A DNA stretch of 64,000 nucleotides from an uncultured Gemmatimonadales bacterium (GCA_963825055.1 CAWGSK010000012.1:384001-448000), one strand, 5' to 3'. Positions 13,387 to 25,496 are shown, counted from the first letter of the stretch. A program made the numbers and translations. Notes: generated by a model not told the origin, from the letters alone.

Positions 13387-14160
13387 ATGAACGTCACCTG
13401 TCCCAGCTGCGCCACCATCTATCGGGTGGACCCTGACAAGGTTCCCGAGCGCGGCGTGCGCGCCCGCTGCCGGGTCTGCGCGGCCGTCTTCGCCGTGGAT
13501 CGTTCCGGTCGCGAAGTGCCCGCCGGCGCCCCGGCCGCCGTCGTGGCCGGTTCCGCCCCCACCCAGGTCGCGACGCCGTTCGACTCCTGGCAGGAGCCGG
13601 TTGCCACGCATTACGAGCCTGCGGCGCCGGTGCCGTCCTCGCCGGTGCCGTCGGAATTCCCCTCCGCGCCGCCGGCCCCCCCGGTGCGCGAGGAGCCCGC
13701 CGCCGCGCCCGCTCCCCCGGAACCGCGTGAGGAATCTCGCCCGGAACCGCCGCGGGCCACCACCAGCGCCGTGCCGCCCGCTGCGCCGTCGTCCCGTCCG
13801 GGCGCCCTGATCGGCATGCCCCCGGTCGTACCGCCGGGTGCCGGCCGCGGTGCCAGCACGACCCCGTCTGCGGGGCACTCCAGGCCAGCCGGGCGCAGGG
13901 TGAACCCGTTCATGACCCAGGATCCGGACCAGAAGGCCCGGCGCCTGGCACGGGCCCTCATCTCCGACCTGGTCGTGTACTATCCCGAGCGGCGGGAGGA
14001 GGGCCTCAGGAACGACAGCCTGAAGTCCCTGTTCGACGAGGAGATCCGCAAGAGCTGGGAGGAATACACCGACCAGGTCGGGGCGGAGATGGCCGAGGGC
14101 ACGAGCCACTTCACCGACGCCCTGAACGAGATCCTCGCGGGCGGCCGACAGGTGTTCTAG
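13387..14160 (+). CDS. Zinc-ribbon (MJ0042-type) protein with Pro/Ala linker and helical C-terminal domain
   Basis: MNVTCPSCATIYRVDPDKVPERGVRARCRVC; C-terminus KARRLARALISDLVVYY. GAGG SD present. Confidence 0.8.
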   Translation: MNVTCPSCATIYRVDPDKVPERGVRARCRVCAAVFAVDRSGREVPAGAPAAVVAGSAPTQVATPFDSWQEPVATHYEPAAPVPSSPVPSEFPSAPPAPPVREEPAAAPAPPEPREESRPEPPRATTSAVPPAAPSSRPGALIGMPPVVPPGAGRGASTTPSAGHSRPAGRRVNPFMTQDPDQKARRLARALISDLVVYYPERREEGLRNDSLKSLFDEEIRKSWEEYTDQVGAEMAEGTSHFTDALNEILAGGRQVF

Positions 14161-14184
14161 CCGCCCCCGGCAGCGCGGGGGCGG
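14161..14184 (+). terminator. GC-rich hairpin right after the zinc-ribbon gene
   Basis: CCGCCCCCG/CGGGGGCGG stem; no strong U tract. Confidence 0.4.
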
Positions 14185-14310
14185 AAGGCCGGCCGGCGCG
14201 CTATATTTCCCCCACGCGAGCCGTCCCTCCGCGATCGCGGACGGACGGCTCGCGCGTTCACGCCGGAGCGCCCGCTCCGGCCCGTATGGAATCCGCAGGA
14301 GGAAGTGCCG

Positions 14311-15415
14311 ATGTCAGTGCTGACCGAACGACTCGAGGAGCTGCAGGAGCGTGTCACCGGGATGCGGGAGTTTCTTTGACCTCGCCAACCGTACGGCCCG
14401 CCTGACCGAGCTCGAGGCCAGCCAGGCCGATCCCGCGTTCTGGAGTGACCAGGAGCGCGCCCGCGAGGTCCTCCGCGAGGTCAAGCAGCACCGGCAGATC
14501 CTCGATCCCTACACCGAGCTCGAGAAACGGGCCGGATCGGCGATGGATATCGCCGCGCTGCTGGACGAGGAGCCCGACGAGTCCCTGTCCGCCGAACTGG
14601 AGCGGGAAGCGGCGGAACTGGAACGGCTGCTCGCAGACTTCGAGCTCCAGACCATGCTCCAGGGGCCGGATGACCCCAAGGACGCGATCATCACCATCCA
14701 CCCCGGCGCGGGCGGCACCGAGTCCCAGGACTGGGCCGAGATGCTGATGCGCATGTACGTCCGGTGGGCGGAGCGGCATGGTTTCGAGGTGCGGGTCCTC
14801 GATCTCCTCCCCGGAGAGGAGGCCGGCATCAAGTCGGTCACGCTGGAGGTCAAGGGGGAGTACGCCTACGGATTCCTCAGGGCCGAGAAGGGCGTCCACC
14901 GGCTGGTCCGCATCTCGCCCTATGATTCGCAGTCGCGGCGCCATACCTCCTTCGCGTCGGTGTTCATCTACCCCGACATCGACGATACGATCGAGATCGA
15001 CCTGCGCGAGGAGGACATCCGCATGGACGTCTTCCGCGCCTCGGGGGCGGGCGGCCAGCACGTCAACAAGACCTCGTCCGCGGTGCGGCTCACGCACGAG
15101 CCCACCGGGCTCGTGGTCTCGTGCCAGCAGGAGCGGAGCCAGACGAAGAACCGGGCCACCGCCATGAAGATGCTGCGCGCCGCGCTGTACCAGCGGAAGC
15201 TGGAGGAGCAGGAGGCGGCCCGCGCCGTGGTCGAGGCCACCAAGACCGACAACTCCTGGGGCAACCAGATCCGGAGCTATGTCTTCCAGCCCTATACCAT
15301 GGTCAATGACCACCGGACCGAGCTGAAGGTCGGCGATGTCCAGCGGGTCATGGATGGAGACCTGGACGAGTTCATCCAGGCCTGGCTCCGGCGTTTCGGG
15401 GGAAAGGCCGCGTGA
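14311..15415 (+). CDS. prfB: Peptide chain release factor 2 with programmed +1 frameshift, join(14311..14376,14378..15415)
   Basis: AGGAGG SD, ATG 14311, MSVLTERLEELQERVTGMREFL, then GGGAG-TTT-CTT-TGA-C. The +1 frame carries GAGGTESQDW, SPY and GGQ. Confidence 0.96.
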
Positions 15416-16935
15416 GCGACACCCTCGCCCGTTCCCACGTGGAGGAGGCCCGCCGCGCCAAGCTCGCCGAGCTGGAGACGCTCGGGGTGCGTCCGTTCGC
15501 CTACCGCTTCGAGCGCTCGCACACGACCGCGGCCGCCCTCGAGATGTACGACGATGCGATGGGCGAGGACGGCCCCGAGGTCCGGCTGGCCGGGCGCCTG
15601 GTCTCGTTCCGCCCCAAGGGCAAGGTGGCGTTCGGCCACCTGCAGGACCACGGGGGGCGCGCCCAGCTCTACCTCCGGGAAGACCTGCTCGGCGAAACCT
15701 GGCCTCTGGTCAAACTGCTCGACCTGGGCGACCACATCGGCGTTACCGGGCGGCTGTTCCGGACCCGGGCCGGCGAGGTGACCATTCGCGTCAGCGCGCT
15801 CGAGCTGCTGGCGAAATCCCTGCGTCCGCTGCCGCTCGGCAAGTCACGGGTGGGCGAAGAAGGGGTCGAGACCTTCGGCGGGCTGACCGATCCGGAAGTG
15901 CGCTACCGCCAGCGCTACGCGGACCTCGCGGTCCATCCGGATATCCGGGCGGTGTTCGAGGTGCGCGCCCGTGCCATCCGTTTCCTCCGACGGTTCCTCG
16001 ACGAGCGCGGGTTCCTCGAAGTCGAGACCCCGGTGCTCCAGCCGATCTACGGCGGTGCCGCGGCGCGCCCGTTCACCACGCATCACAACGCGCTGGACAG
16101 CAGGCTGTATCTCCGGATCGCCGACGAGCTGTACCTGAAGCGACTCATCGTCGGCGGCTTCGACCGCGTCTACGAGATCGGCCACGATTTCCGCAACGAG
16201 GGCATGGACCGGACCCACAATCCCGAATTCACCATGCTCGAGTGCTACCAGGCCTACGCGGACTATCGCGACATGATGGAGCTCACCGAGGCCATGGTGG
16301 CGGGCGTGGTGCAGGAATGCTGCGGCAGCCTGCAGCTCGCCCGGGCCGGCACCGTGCTGGACTTCACCCCGCCCTGGCCCCGGGTCCCCTTCCTGAGGGG
16401 CGTCCAGGATGCGAGCGGGCTGGAGCTGCGGACCGCGACGGAAGATGAGCTTCGCGCATCCCTCAGGCAGCGGGGCGAGCCCGCGGAAGCGGTGGACGCC
16501 CTGACCGGCGCGCGCCTCCTCGACGAAGTCTTCAAGGTCTACCTGGAGCCGACGCTCATCCAGCCCTCGTTCGTCATTGACTACCCGAAGCCGCTCTCCC
16601 CGCTCGCCAAGGAGCACCGCGACGACCCGTACCTGACGGAGCGCTTCGAGCTCTTCGTGGCGGGCGGGGAACTGGCCAACGCCTTCAGCGAGCTCAACGA
16701 CCCGGATGACCAGCGCCGCCGGTTCGAGCAGCAGGCGGAACTCCGCGCCGGCGGCGACGAGGAAACCCAGCCATTCGACGCCGACTACATCAGGGCCCTG
16801 GAGTACGGCATGCCGCCGACCGGCGGCCTTGGCCTCGGCGTGGACCGGCTGGTCATGCTGCTGACCGATCAGAGCTTCATCCGGGACGTCATCCTGTTCC
16901 CGGCCCTCAGGCCGGAGTCGGGGCCCGAAGCGTGA
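15412..16935 (+). CDS. lysS: Lysyl-tRNA synthetase (class II)
   Basis: YRQRYADL, GGAAARPF, FRNEGMDRTHNPEFT and YGMPPTGGLGLGVDRL. Confidence 0.98.
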   Translation: MSDTLARSHVEEARRAKLAELETLGVRPFAYRFERSHTTAAALEMYDDAMGEDGPEVRLAGRLVSFRPKGKVAFGHLQDHGGRAQLYLREDLLGETWPLVKLLDLGDHIGVTGRLFRTRAGEVTIRVSALELLAKSLRPLPLGKSRVGEEGVETFGGLTDPEVRYRQRYADLAVHPDIRAVFEVRARAIRFLRRFLDERGFLEVETPVLQPIYGGAAARPFTTHHNALDSRLYLRIADELYLKRLIVGGFDRVYEIGHDFRNEGMDRTHNPEFTMLECYQAYADYRDMMELTEAMVAGVVQECCGSLQLARAGTVLDFTPPWPRVPFLRGVQDASGLELRTATEDELRASLRQRGEPAEAVDALTGARLLDEVFKVYLEPTLIQPSFVIDYPKPLSPLAKEHRDDPYLTERFELFVAGGELANAFSELNDPDDQRRRFEQQAELRAGGDEETQPFDADYIRALEYGMPPTGGLGLGVDRLVMLLTDQSFIRDVILFPALRPESGPEA

Positions 16936-18238
16936 CGCGCGAACCCCGCTGGCGACGGTTCCGGCGCGCCGTCCGGGAAGTGCTGACCCCGCCATCCCGC
17001 CTCGAACTCCGCATCGCCGGCCGCTACCTCCAGGGGCGCCGGTCCTCCGGCGTGGCGTCGCTCAACACGATGATTTCCATCGGGGGCGTGGCCGTCGGCG
17101 TCATGGCGCTGATCGTGGTGCTGGGCGTGATGAACGGCCTGGGCGATGACTTGCGCGACCGGATCCTGGTCGCGAGCCCGCACCTCAGGGTACTGACCTA
17201 CGGCAACGGGCTCCGGCTCGACGACTGGCGCCGCGTGGCGGACGAGGTCGCGAAGGACCCGGATGTCGTGAGCGTCGCACCGGAGGTCCTGACACAGTCC
17301 ATCCTCAGCGCGGGCGCGGACTACTACGAAGGCGTCCAGGTGCTGGGCTATGCCCCCGGCATCAACGGGACTCCGGTCACGTCCCTTCCCGGGGCCATGA
17401 CGAACGGCGACCTGTCCCTCACGACGGACAGGAAGGATGTCGACGGGGCCCTGGTGCTGGGCCGGAGGCTGGCGGAGCGGATCGGGGTGGTACCCGGGGA
17501 CGAAGTCACCCTGGTCTCGCCGGCCGGCTCGAAGATGAACCGGGCGATCGGCGCGGCGGTCCCGCGCTACTACGTCTTCGAGGTGACCGGTTTGTTCGAG
17601 ACGGGCATGTTCCTCTACGACGACAAGTTCGTCGTGATGGACATCGATGTGGCCCGGCGCTTTGCCGGACTCGGCACCGCCGTGAGCGGCCTGGCTGTGC
17701 GCCTGCGCGATCCGTGGGAGGCCCCGGCGGTCGGCCTCAGGCTCGAGGACGCACTCGGGTATCCCTACCGCTCGCTCGACTGGCAGTCGCAGAACTCCAC
17801 GCTCTTCGGCGCGCTGAAGCTGGAGAAGCTGGCCATGGGGCTCATCATTTTCGTGATCATGATCGTCGCCGCGTTCAACATCGTCGGCACGCTGACCATG
17901 GTGGTGAACGAGAAGACGAGGGAGATCGGGATCCTGGAGGCGATGGGCATGCCGGGGCCTTCCATCGGGAGGATCTTCCTCGCCCAGGGCGCCATCATCG
18001 GGGCTGTGGGCGTAAGCATCGGCCTGACCCTCGGTCTCTTCGCCGCCCTCGCGGTGGATCGGTGGCAGTGGATCAAGATCGACCCCGCGGTGTATTTCAT
18101 CGATCACCTGCCGATTCACGTGGCAGCACTCGACGTGGCGGTCGTCGTGACCGCAAGCCTGCTGCTGGCCATCGCGGCGACCCTCTATCCTTCCCGCTCT
18201 GCGGCGGCCCTCGCCCCGGTCGACGCGATCCGGCACGA

Positions 18239-18242
<4 letters not shown>
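16932..18242 (+). CDS. lolC: Lipoprotein-releasing ABC permease LolC/E family
   Basis: GVAVGVMALIVVLGVMNG, VAAFNIVGTL, EKTREIGIL and YFIDHLP; adjacent to lolD. Confidence 0.9.
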
Positions 18243-18936
<694 letters not shown>

Positions 18937-18940
<4 letters not shown>

Positions 18941-19455
18941 AGTGCACGCAATGCGACGAACGCGAAGCGGTCATCCACCTGACCCAGGTGTCGGGCGAGG
19001 AGACGACCGTGCTGCACCTCTGCGAGAAGTGCGCGGCGGAGAAGGGCATGGAGACTCCGGCCCAGCTCGGCAAGAACCCGCTGGGCACCTTCCTGGCCGC
19101 GATGGGGCAGGGCTGGAAGGGGACGCTGCCGTCCGAGCCCGGCCTGGAGGCGGTGCGCTGCCGCGGATGCGGCGCTACGCTGGAAGATTTCCGCGATACC
19201 GGGCGGCTCGGGTGCCCGGAGTGCTACCAGACGTTCCAGGGGCCCCTCTCCGACTTGCTCCGGCGCCTGCACGGCGCCACCCGTCACGTGGGCGAGCGCT
19301 ATCACGCGCCGGGAGCGCCGGATGTAGCCGGTGACGGTGTCGAGCACACACCGGGCCTGGCGCGCGAACTGCGCGAGAGGCTCCGGACGGCCGTCGAGGA
19401 TGAGAACTTTGAACTGGCCGCGCAACTCCGCGACCAGCTCCGGGCGGTGGAATGA
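18937..19455 (+). CDS. mcsA: Protein arginine kinase activator McsA
   Basis: Four CxxC motifs, GRLGCPECY and a C-terminal UVR motif (ENFELAAQLRD). Confidence 0.93.
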
Positions 19456-20528
19456 TTGACCTGAGCCTGCTGACCGACGGGGGCATGGGCTGGCTCGACG
19501 CGAGCGGCCCGGAGAGCCATCTCGTGCTCTCAACCCGGGTCCGGCTGGCGCGGAACCTTGCCGGCCACCCCTTCAGTACCCGGAACACCCCGTCCGACCG
19601 CGAGTTGATCCTGGACGAGGTACGGGGCGCGGTGCGGGACACGGCCGGTCTGGGGCAGGCCACGGAATTCCGTCTTGACCGGCTGGAGGCGGTGGAGCGA
19701 CAGCTCCTGCACGAACGTCACCTCGTCAGCCGGGAGCTCGCCGGGCTCGAGCAGGACGTGCGATCGGGGGCCGGGTTGCTCGTCCAGGACACCGTAGGGG
19801 CGATGCTCAACGAGGAGGACCACCTCCGGCTTCAGGGCATGCGATCGGGGTTCGACCTGGCGGCCACCTACGCCGCCGTCGACCGGCTGGACGCCGAACT
19901 GGGACAACGACTTGCGTTCGCCTTTCACCCTGAGTTTGGTTATCTTACCTCGTGCCCGACCAACGTTGGCACGGGGCTCCGCGCCTCGGTGCTGATCCAC
20001 CTTCCGGGCCTGGTCCTCACCAAGGAAATTGCCAAGGTGCTGCAGGGCCTCGGACAGGTCGGCCTGACGTTCCGGGGGCTGTACGGCGAGGGCAGCGAGG
20101 TAGTCGGGAACTTTTTCCAGCTGTCGAACCAGACGACGCTGGGCAAGAGCGAGCGGGAACTGCTCGACCACCTCGGGAAGATTGTCCGGCAGGTGGTGGA
20201 ATATGAGGAGCAGGCGCGCCAGGTGTTGCTGCGCGATGCCCCGACGATCATCGAGGACAAGGTCTGGCGCGCCTATGCGCTGCTGCGCTACGCGCGCACA
20301 CTGTCCTTCGAGGAAACGATGAACCTGCTGAGCGGCGTCCGGCTCGGCGTGGGCCTGGGCCTCATTGACGAGGTCGGGCTCTACGCGCTGAACAAGCTGC
20401 TCATCTTCTGCCAGCCGGCACACCTCGCCTCGGCGGAAGGCCGTTCCGGCACCGATGCCGACCTCGCCGCGCGGCGCGCGGCCTATGTACGCACACTGTT
20501 GGAGGAGGAGGCGGGCCGGCGCCGCTAG
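19452..20528 (+). CDS. mcsB: Protein arginine kinase McsB
   Basis: STRVRLARN, NEEDHLR, GYLTSCPTNVGTGLRAS and QLSNQTTLG. Confidence 0.95.
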   Translation: MIDLSLLTDGGMGWLDASGPESHLVLSTRVRLARNLAGHPFSTRNTPSDRELILDEVRGAVRDTAGLGQATEFRLDRLEAVERQLLHERHLVSRELAGLEQDVRSGAGLLVQDTVGAMLNEEDHLRLQGMRSGFDLAATYAAVDRLDAELGQRLAFAFHPEFGYLTSCPTNVGTGLRASVLIHLPGLVLTKEIAKVLQGLGQVGLTFRGLYGEGSEVVGNFFQLSNQTTLGKSERELLDHLGKIVRQVVEYEEQARQVLLRDAPTIIEDKVWRAYALLRYARTLSFEETMNLLSGVRLGVGLGLIDEVGLYALNKLLIFCQPAHLASAEGRSGTDADLAARRAAYVRTLLEEEAGRRR

Positions 20529-20560
20529 GCGCCAGCGTCCGCTCCGGAGCAGGGACCCAG

Positions 20561-23026
20561 ATGAACGGATACAACTTCACCGATCGCGTCCGGAAAGTGC
20601 TGCAGATGGCCCGCGAAGAGGCGGCCCGCCTGCATCACGAGTACGTGGGCACGGAGCACATTCTCCTCGGCCTCATTCGTGAGGGCGAGGGCGTCGCCGC
20701 CGCGGTGCTGACCAACCTGAACGTGGACCTCGAGGAAATCCAGCAGAAGATCGAGGAGACCGTCAAGAAGGGGAAGGCCGGCGCTGCGGTCGGGCCCGAT
20801 CTCCCGTACACCAGCCGCGCCAAGAAGGTGCTCGAGCTGGCCATGACCGAGGCGCGCGAGCTCAACCACAGCTACGTGGGCACCGAGCACCTGCTGCTGG
20901 GCCTGTTGCGGGAGGAGAAGGGCATTGCCGCCCAGGTCCTCACCGATTCCGGCGTGAACCTGGAGCAGTCGCGCGCCGAGACGCTGCGGCTCCTCGGCAG
21001 CGACATGCCGCAGGCCCCGAGCGGCGCCCAGCCCGCCTCCGCGACACCCAAGAGCGAGAAGAAATCCAAGACACCCGCGCTTGACCACTTCTGCCGCGAC
21101 CTGACCCAGCTCGCCGCCGAGGACCAGCTGGACCCGACCATCGGCCGGGCGCAGGAGATCGAACGGGTGATGGAGATTCTCGCCCGGCGGAAGAAAAACA
21201 ACCCTGTGCTGATCGGGGAGCCGGGCGTCGGGAAGACGGCCATCGTCGAGGGCCTGGCCCTGCTGATCGCGAACGGGCTTTGTCCGGACGTCCTGCGGGA
21301 CCACCGCGTCCTGAGCCTGGACATGGCGGCCGTCATCGCCGGCACGAAGTACCGGGGCCAGTTCGAGGAACGGCTCAAGGCGGTCATGAACGAGATCGCC
21401 CAGAACAAGAACATCGTCCTCTTCATTGACGAGCTGCACACCCTGGTGGGCGCCGGCGCCGCCGAGGGCGCCATCGATGCTTCCAACATGCTGAAGCCCG
21501 CGCTCGCGCGGGGTGAGCTGCAGTGCGTCGGCGCGTCCACCCTGAACGAGTACCGCAAGTACATCGAGAAGGACGGCGCGCTCGAGCGGCGGTTCCAGAC
21601 GGTCATGGTCGAGCCGCCCACCATCGAGGAAACCATCGAGATCCTGAAGGGGCTCCGGAAGAAGTACGAGGAGCACCACCGGGTGACCCTGCCGGACGAG
21701 AGTCTGGTCGGCGCGGCGCAGCTGTCGGAGCGTTACATCACTGACCGGTTCCTGCCGGACAAGGCGATCGACGTGATCGACGAGGCTGGCGCGCGCGCGC
21801 GCCTGGCCAGCCAGGTGCCGCCGGCCGAAGTGTCGGTGCTCAAGGACGAGCTCGAGCAGGTCAACGTGGACAAGGAGAACGCCGTCCGCGACCAGAACTT
21901 CGAGCGCGCGGCCAGCCTGCGCGACCGTGAGCGCGACCTCCAGAACCAGATCCGGCAGAAGCAGGAGGAGTGGGAGCGCGAGCGCCAGCTTCGCCGCCCG
22001 GTCATTGACGAGGAAGCCATCGCCTTCGTCGTGTCGCGCTGGACCGGGATCCCGGTGACGCGGCTCCAGGAGGCCGAGGCCTCCCGGCTCCTCCGGATGG
22101 AGGACGAGCTCCACGAGTCCGTCGTGGGGCAGGACGAGGCCATCAAGGCGATCAGCCGGGCCATCCGGCGCAGCCGCGCCGGCCTCAAGGACCCGCGCCA
22201 CCCGATCGGCTCGTTCATCTTCAGCGGCCCCACCGGTGTCGGCAAGACCGAGCTGGCCCGGGCGCTCGCCCGGTTCCTGTTCGCCGATGCGTCAGCCCTC
22301 ATCAGGGTCGACATGTCGGAGTACATGGAGAAATTCTCGGTGTCACGCCTCATCGGCGCGCCCCCGGGCTACGTCGGCTATGAGGACAGCGGCGCGCTGA
22401 CCAAGGCCATACGGCGCAAGCCGTACTCGGTCGTCCTGCTTGACGAGATCGAAAAGGCCCATCCCGACGTCTTCAACATCCTGCTCCAGGTGCTGGACGA
22501 GGGCCACCTGACCGACAATTACGGCCGGATCATTGACTTCAAGAATACGGTCGTGATCATGACCAGTAACGTGGGCGCCCGCGAGATCATGCAGTCCAAG
22601 ACACTGGGCTTCCATACCGCTGACGCTCAGGCCTCGTTCGAGAAGATGGAGGCCAAGGTCAAGGACGAGATCCAGAAGGTCTTCAACCCGGAGTTCCTGA
22701 ACCGGCTGGACGACGTCATCGTATTCCACCCCCTCTCGCGCGACGACATTGCCCGCATCGTGCACATCCTGCTGCGCGAGGTCGAGCGCCGCCTGGGTGA
22801 CGAGATCCGCCTCACCGACGCGGCCGTCGAGTTCCTGGTGGAGAAGGGCTATGACCAGAGCTACGGCGCCCGTCCGCTGAAGCGCGCCATCCAGAAGTAC
22901 ATCGAGGATCCCCTCAGCGAGAAAATCCTCGTGGGCGACGTCGGCCGCGGCGATGACATCGAGATCGATGTCGACCCCGACGGCGAAAAGCTCTCCTTCC
23001 GCGCCCTCACCGGATCCAAGGCCTGA
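20561..23026 (+). CDS. clpC: ATP-dependent Clp protease ATPase ClpC
   Basis: Two Clp-N repeats, GEPGVGKT and GPTGVGKT Walker A motifs, and a UVR-type M domain. Confidence 0.96.
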   Translation: MNGYNFTDRVRKVLQMAREEAARLHHEYVGTEHILLGLIREGEGVAAAVLTNLNVDLEEIQQKIEETVKKGKAGAAVGPDLPYTSRAKKVLELAMTEARELNHSYVGTEHLLLGLLREEKGIAAQVLTDSGVNLEQSRAETLRLLGSDMPQAPSGAQPASATPKSEKKSKTPALDHFCRDLTQLAAEDQLDPTIGRAQEIERVMEILARRKKNNPVLIGEPGVGKTAIVEGLALLIANGLCPDVLRDHRVLSLDMAAVIAGTKYRGQFEERLKAVMNEIAQNKNIVLFIDELHTLVGAGAAEGAIDASNMLKPALARGELQCVGASTLNEYRKYIEKDGALERRFQTVMVEPPTIEETIEILKGLRKKYEEHHRVTLPDESLVGAAQLSERYITDRFLPDKAIDVIDEAGARARLASQVPPAEVSVLKDELEQVNVDKENAVRDQNFERAASLRDRERDLQNQIRQKQEEWERERQLRRPVIDEEAIAFVVSRWTGIPVTRLQEAEASRLLRMEDELHESVVGQDEAIKAISRAIRRSRAGLKDPRHPIGSFIFSGPTGVGKTELARALARFLFADASALIRVDMSEYMEKFSVSRLIGAPPGYVGYEDSGALTKAIRRKPYSVVLLDEIEKAHPDVFNILLQVLDEGHLTDNYGRIIDFKNTVVIMTSNVGAREIMQSKTLGFHTADAQASFEKMEAKVKDEIQKVFNPEFLNRLDDVIVFHPLSRDDIARIVHILLREVERRLGDEIRLTDAAVEFLVEKGYDQSYGARPLKRAIQKYIEDPLSEKILVGDVGRGDDIEIDVDPDGEKLSFRALTGSKA

Positions 23027-23082
23027 CGGAGCGGCGCCGGCCCGGCCGGCGCCATCTCGAGGCGGACACGACCCTCACGTAC

Positions 23083-25467
23083 ATGTCCCGACGACTGCAC
23101 TCCATTCTGGTGACAGCCGCCCTCTTCCTGGGGGCCGGCCACCTGGCCGCCCAGGAGCCCGGCGGCGAGGCCGCCGTGGTGCCTCCCCTCGACAGCATCA
23201 CCGTCGTGGGGAATCACCGCCTGACCGATGCCCAGATCATCGGCACTTCCGGTTTCGTCGTGCACCAGGTGGTCAACTACCGGGACGTCCAGCGCGCGAT
23301 CCAGGCGCTGTTCGCCACCGGCCAGTTTGATGACGTGGCCGTCGACCAGGGCAACGTGGACGGCCGCCTCCTGCTGACGATCCGGGTGAAGGAACGGCCG
23401 ATCCTCCGCCGGTGGGCGGTACGGGGGCCGGAGCAGGTCAGTGAGCGCAAGGTCCGGGACCGGGTAAAGGTGGTCGAGGGCCGGCCGATCGACCGCGCGG
23501 CGGTGGCCCAGGCCCGCGCCAGCATCGATTCGCTGTACCAGGAGGAAGGGTATTACCAGGCCACGGTCGAGGCCCGCCAGACCGCCCAGGACAGCAGCGG
23601 CGTGGTGATCGTGTTCGATGTCCACGAAGGCGAGCGGGTCGCGATTGCGCAGGTGACGGTGGACGGGAACACCCGCTTCGACGACGGCGCCCTCGTCAAG
23701 CACATGAAGAGCCGCCCCGAGGGGTTCTTCTGGTGGCAGAACGGGCGTTTTGACGACCGCGACCTCGAGGATGACCTGCGCGAGCGGCTGCCCCGGTTTT
23801 ACGCCGACCACGGCTATATCGACTTCCAGGTCCGGGACGACACCCTGGTGGCCGATTCGACCACCGGCAAGGCCACCCTCTCGCTGACGGTGGACGAGGG
23901 CGCACGGTACTACGTGGGTCAGTTCGACATCGACGGGAACCGGCGCTTCTCCTCCGAGGAGCTGTCCGTCTTCTACCCGTTCCAGGCCCGGCCCGGCGAT
24001 TCCACGGCGCAACCGTTCAACCGGACCCAGTGGGAGGCGGCCACCGAGAAGGTCTCGACCCTCTACCACAACAACGGCTACATCTATGCGCAGGTGAACA
24101 GCGAGGAGCGCCGCCGTACCGGTCCGGACGGGCAGTCCTACCTCGACCTCGCCTGGAGCATCCGCGAGGGCTCCCCGGCCACCATCAACAAGATCAATAT
24201 CGTGGGTAACGACGTCACCCACGAGCGGGTCATCCGCGACGCCATCGTGCTGCTGCCGGGGTCGGTCTTCAACCAGGACCGGCTGCTCCGCAGTTACCAG
24301 AACATCTCGAACCTCGGCTTCTTCCAGCAGCCGCTCCCGTTCCCGGACATCGAACAGACCGAGAACGGGATCGACGTGGATATCACCTTCCGCGTGCAGG
24401 AGCGCCGGACCGGCAACATCAACTTCGGCGCCAGCCTCGGGCAGGGAACCGGCATCGGTGGCTTCCTCGGCCTGGAGGAGCCCAACCTGTTCGGCCGCGG
24501 CAAGCGCGGGCGGCTCCAGTACCAGTTCGGCCGGAACATCAATGACTTTACGCTGAGCTATTCCGACCCGTCCATCCGCGAATCCCGTATCTCCGGTACG
24601 CTGACCTTGTTCAACTCCCGGCAGCGCTTCACCATCGGGGACCTCGGCCGACGGGTGCAGACCGGCGGCAGCCTCCAGCTCGGCTTCCCGTTCTTCGGGT
24701 CACGATATACCCGGCTCTTTACGTCGTACGGGTTCCAGCGGATCCGCTTCACCGAGGGATCGTCCGACCTGCGGGCGCGCTTCAACTGCAACAACTGCAG
24801 CCGCAGCACGCTCGGGATGAGCCTGCTGCGCGATACGCGGATCGACCTGCCGTTCCCGACTGCCGGCGGCATGATCCAGACGAGCGTCGAGACCAACGGC
24901 GGCATCCTGGGCGGCACCGGCCGCTACCAGAAGCTCGAGTCCGAGGGGCGCTGGTACGCCCCCCTCGGCAGCATGGGCGGAAACCCCCAGCTCGGGACGG
25001 GCGTACGGTTCGTCCTCGGCCTCACCGCCAAGAGCGGTTTCATCTTCGGTGATGCCGGACCGTTCTTCACCGAGCTGTACTCGATGGGCGGTACCCAGTT
25101 CGGCGTGCCGCTGCGGGGCTACGACGAATTCTCCATTACGCCGGACGGGTTCGATGCCTTCGCCGCCGGTTCCTCGGCGAGCCCCAATGCGTTCGGGAAG
25201 TCCTACGCGGCGTTCACGCTCGAGCTGGGCGCGCGGGTCAGCCAGTCGGTGTACACCAGTGCCTTCCTGGATGCCGGCAACGTGTACCGCAGCGCCCGCC
25301 AGTACGACCCGAGCCGGCTCTACAAGGGCGCCGGGTTCGGCGTGGCGCTGGTTACGCCGCTCGGCCCGATCGGGATCGACCTGGGGTACGGTTTCGACAA
25401 GCTCGACGTGGACGGCCGTCCGGCGCCCGGATGGAAGCTGCATTTCAAGCTCGGGAATTTCTTCTAG
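23083..25467 (+). CDS. bamA: Outer membrane protein assembly factor BamA
   Basis: Signal peptide, POTRA repeats, LRGY loop motif, TPLGPIGIDLGYG and terminal Phe. Confidence 0.95.
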   Translation: MSRRLHSILVTAALFLGAGHLAAQEPGGEAAVVPPLDSITVVGNHRLTDAQIIGTSGFVVHQVVNYRDVQRAIQALFATGQFDDVAVDQGNVDGRLLLTIRVKERPILRRWAVRGPEQVSERKVRDRVKVVEGRPIDRAAVAQARASIDSLYQEEGYYQATVEARQTAQDSSGVVIVFDVHEGERVAIAQVTVDGNTRFDDGALVKHMKSRPEGFFWWQNGRFDDRDLEDDLRERLPRFYADHGYIDFQVRDDTLVADSTTGKATLSLTVDEGARYYVGQFDIDGNRRFSSEELSVFYPFQARPGDSTAQPFNRTQWEAATEKVSTLYHNNGYIYAQVNSEERRRTGPDGQSYLDLAWSIREGSPATINKINIVGNDVTHERVIRDAIVLLPGSVFNQDRLLRSYQNISNLGFFQQPLPFPDIEQTENGIDVDITFRVQERRTGNINFGASLGQGTGIGGFLGLEEPNLFGRGKRGRLQYQFGRNINDFTLSYSDPSIRESRISGTLTLFNSRQRFTIGDLGRRVQTGGSLQLGFPFFGSRYTRLFTSYGFQRIRFTEGSSDLRARFNCNNCSRSTLGMSLLRDTRIDLPFPTAGGMIQTSVETNGGILGGTGRYQKLESEGRWYAPLGSMGGNPQLGTGVRFVLGLTAKSGFIFGDAGPFFTELYSMGGTQFGVPLRGYDEFSITPDGFDAFAAGSSASPNAFGKSYAAFTLELGARVSQSVYTSAFLDAGNVYRSARQYDPSRLYKGAGFGVALVTPLGPIGIDLGYGFDKLDVDGRPAPGWKLHFKLGNFF

Positions 25468-25496
25468 TCTTATCCAACCCTGTTGTGGAGTCATGC

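Noticed and set aside
20525..22201. Long antisense and alternate-frame ORFs over clpC and many other genes (e.g. 37062-38798, 38713-40761, 49487-51106)
   Set aside because: Expected shadow ORFs from high GC3 bias; they lack motifs and overlap well-supported genes.
23023..23083. In-frame CTG overlapping the clpC stop as an alternative bamA start
   Set aside because: ATG 23083 yields a clean signal peptide; the frame match is probably chance.
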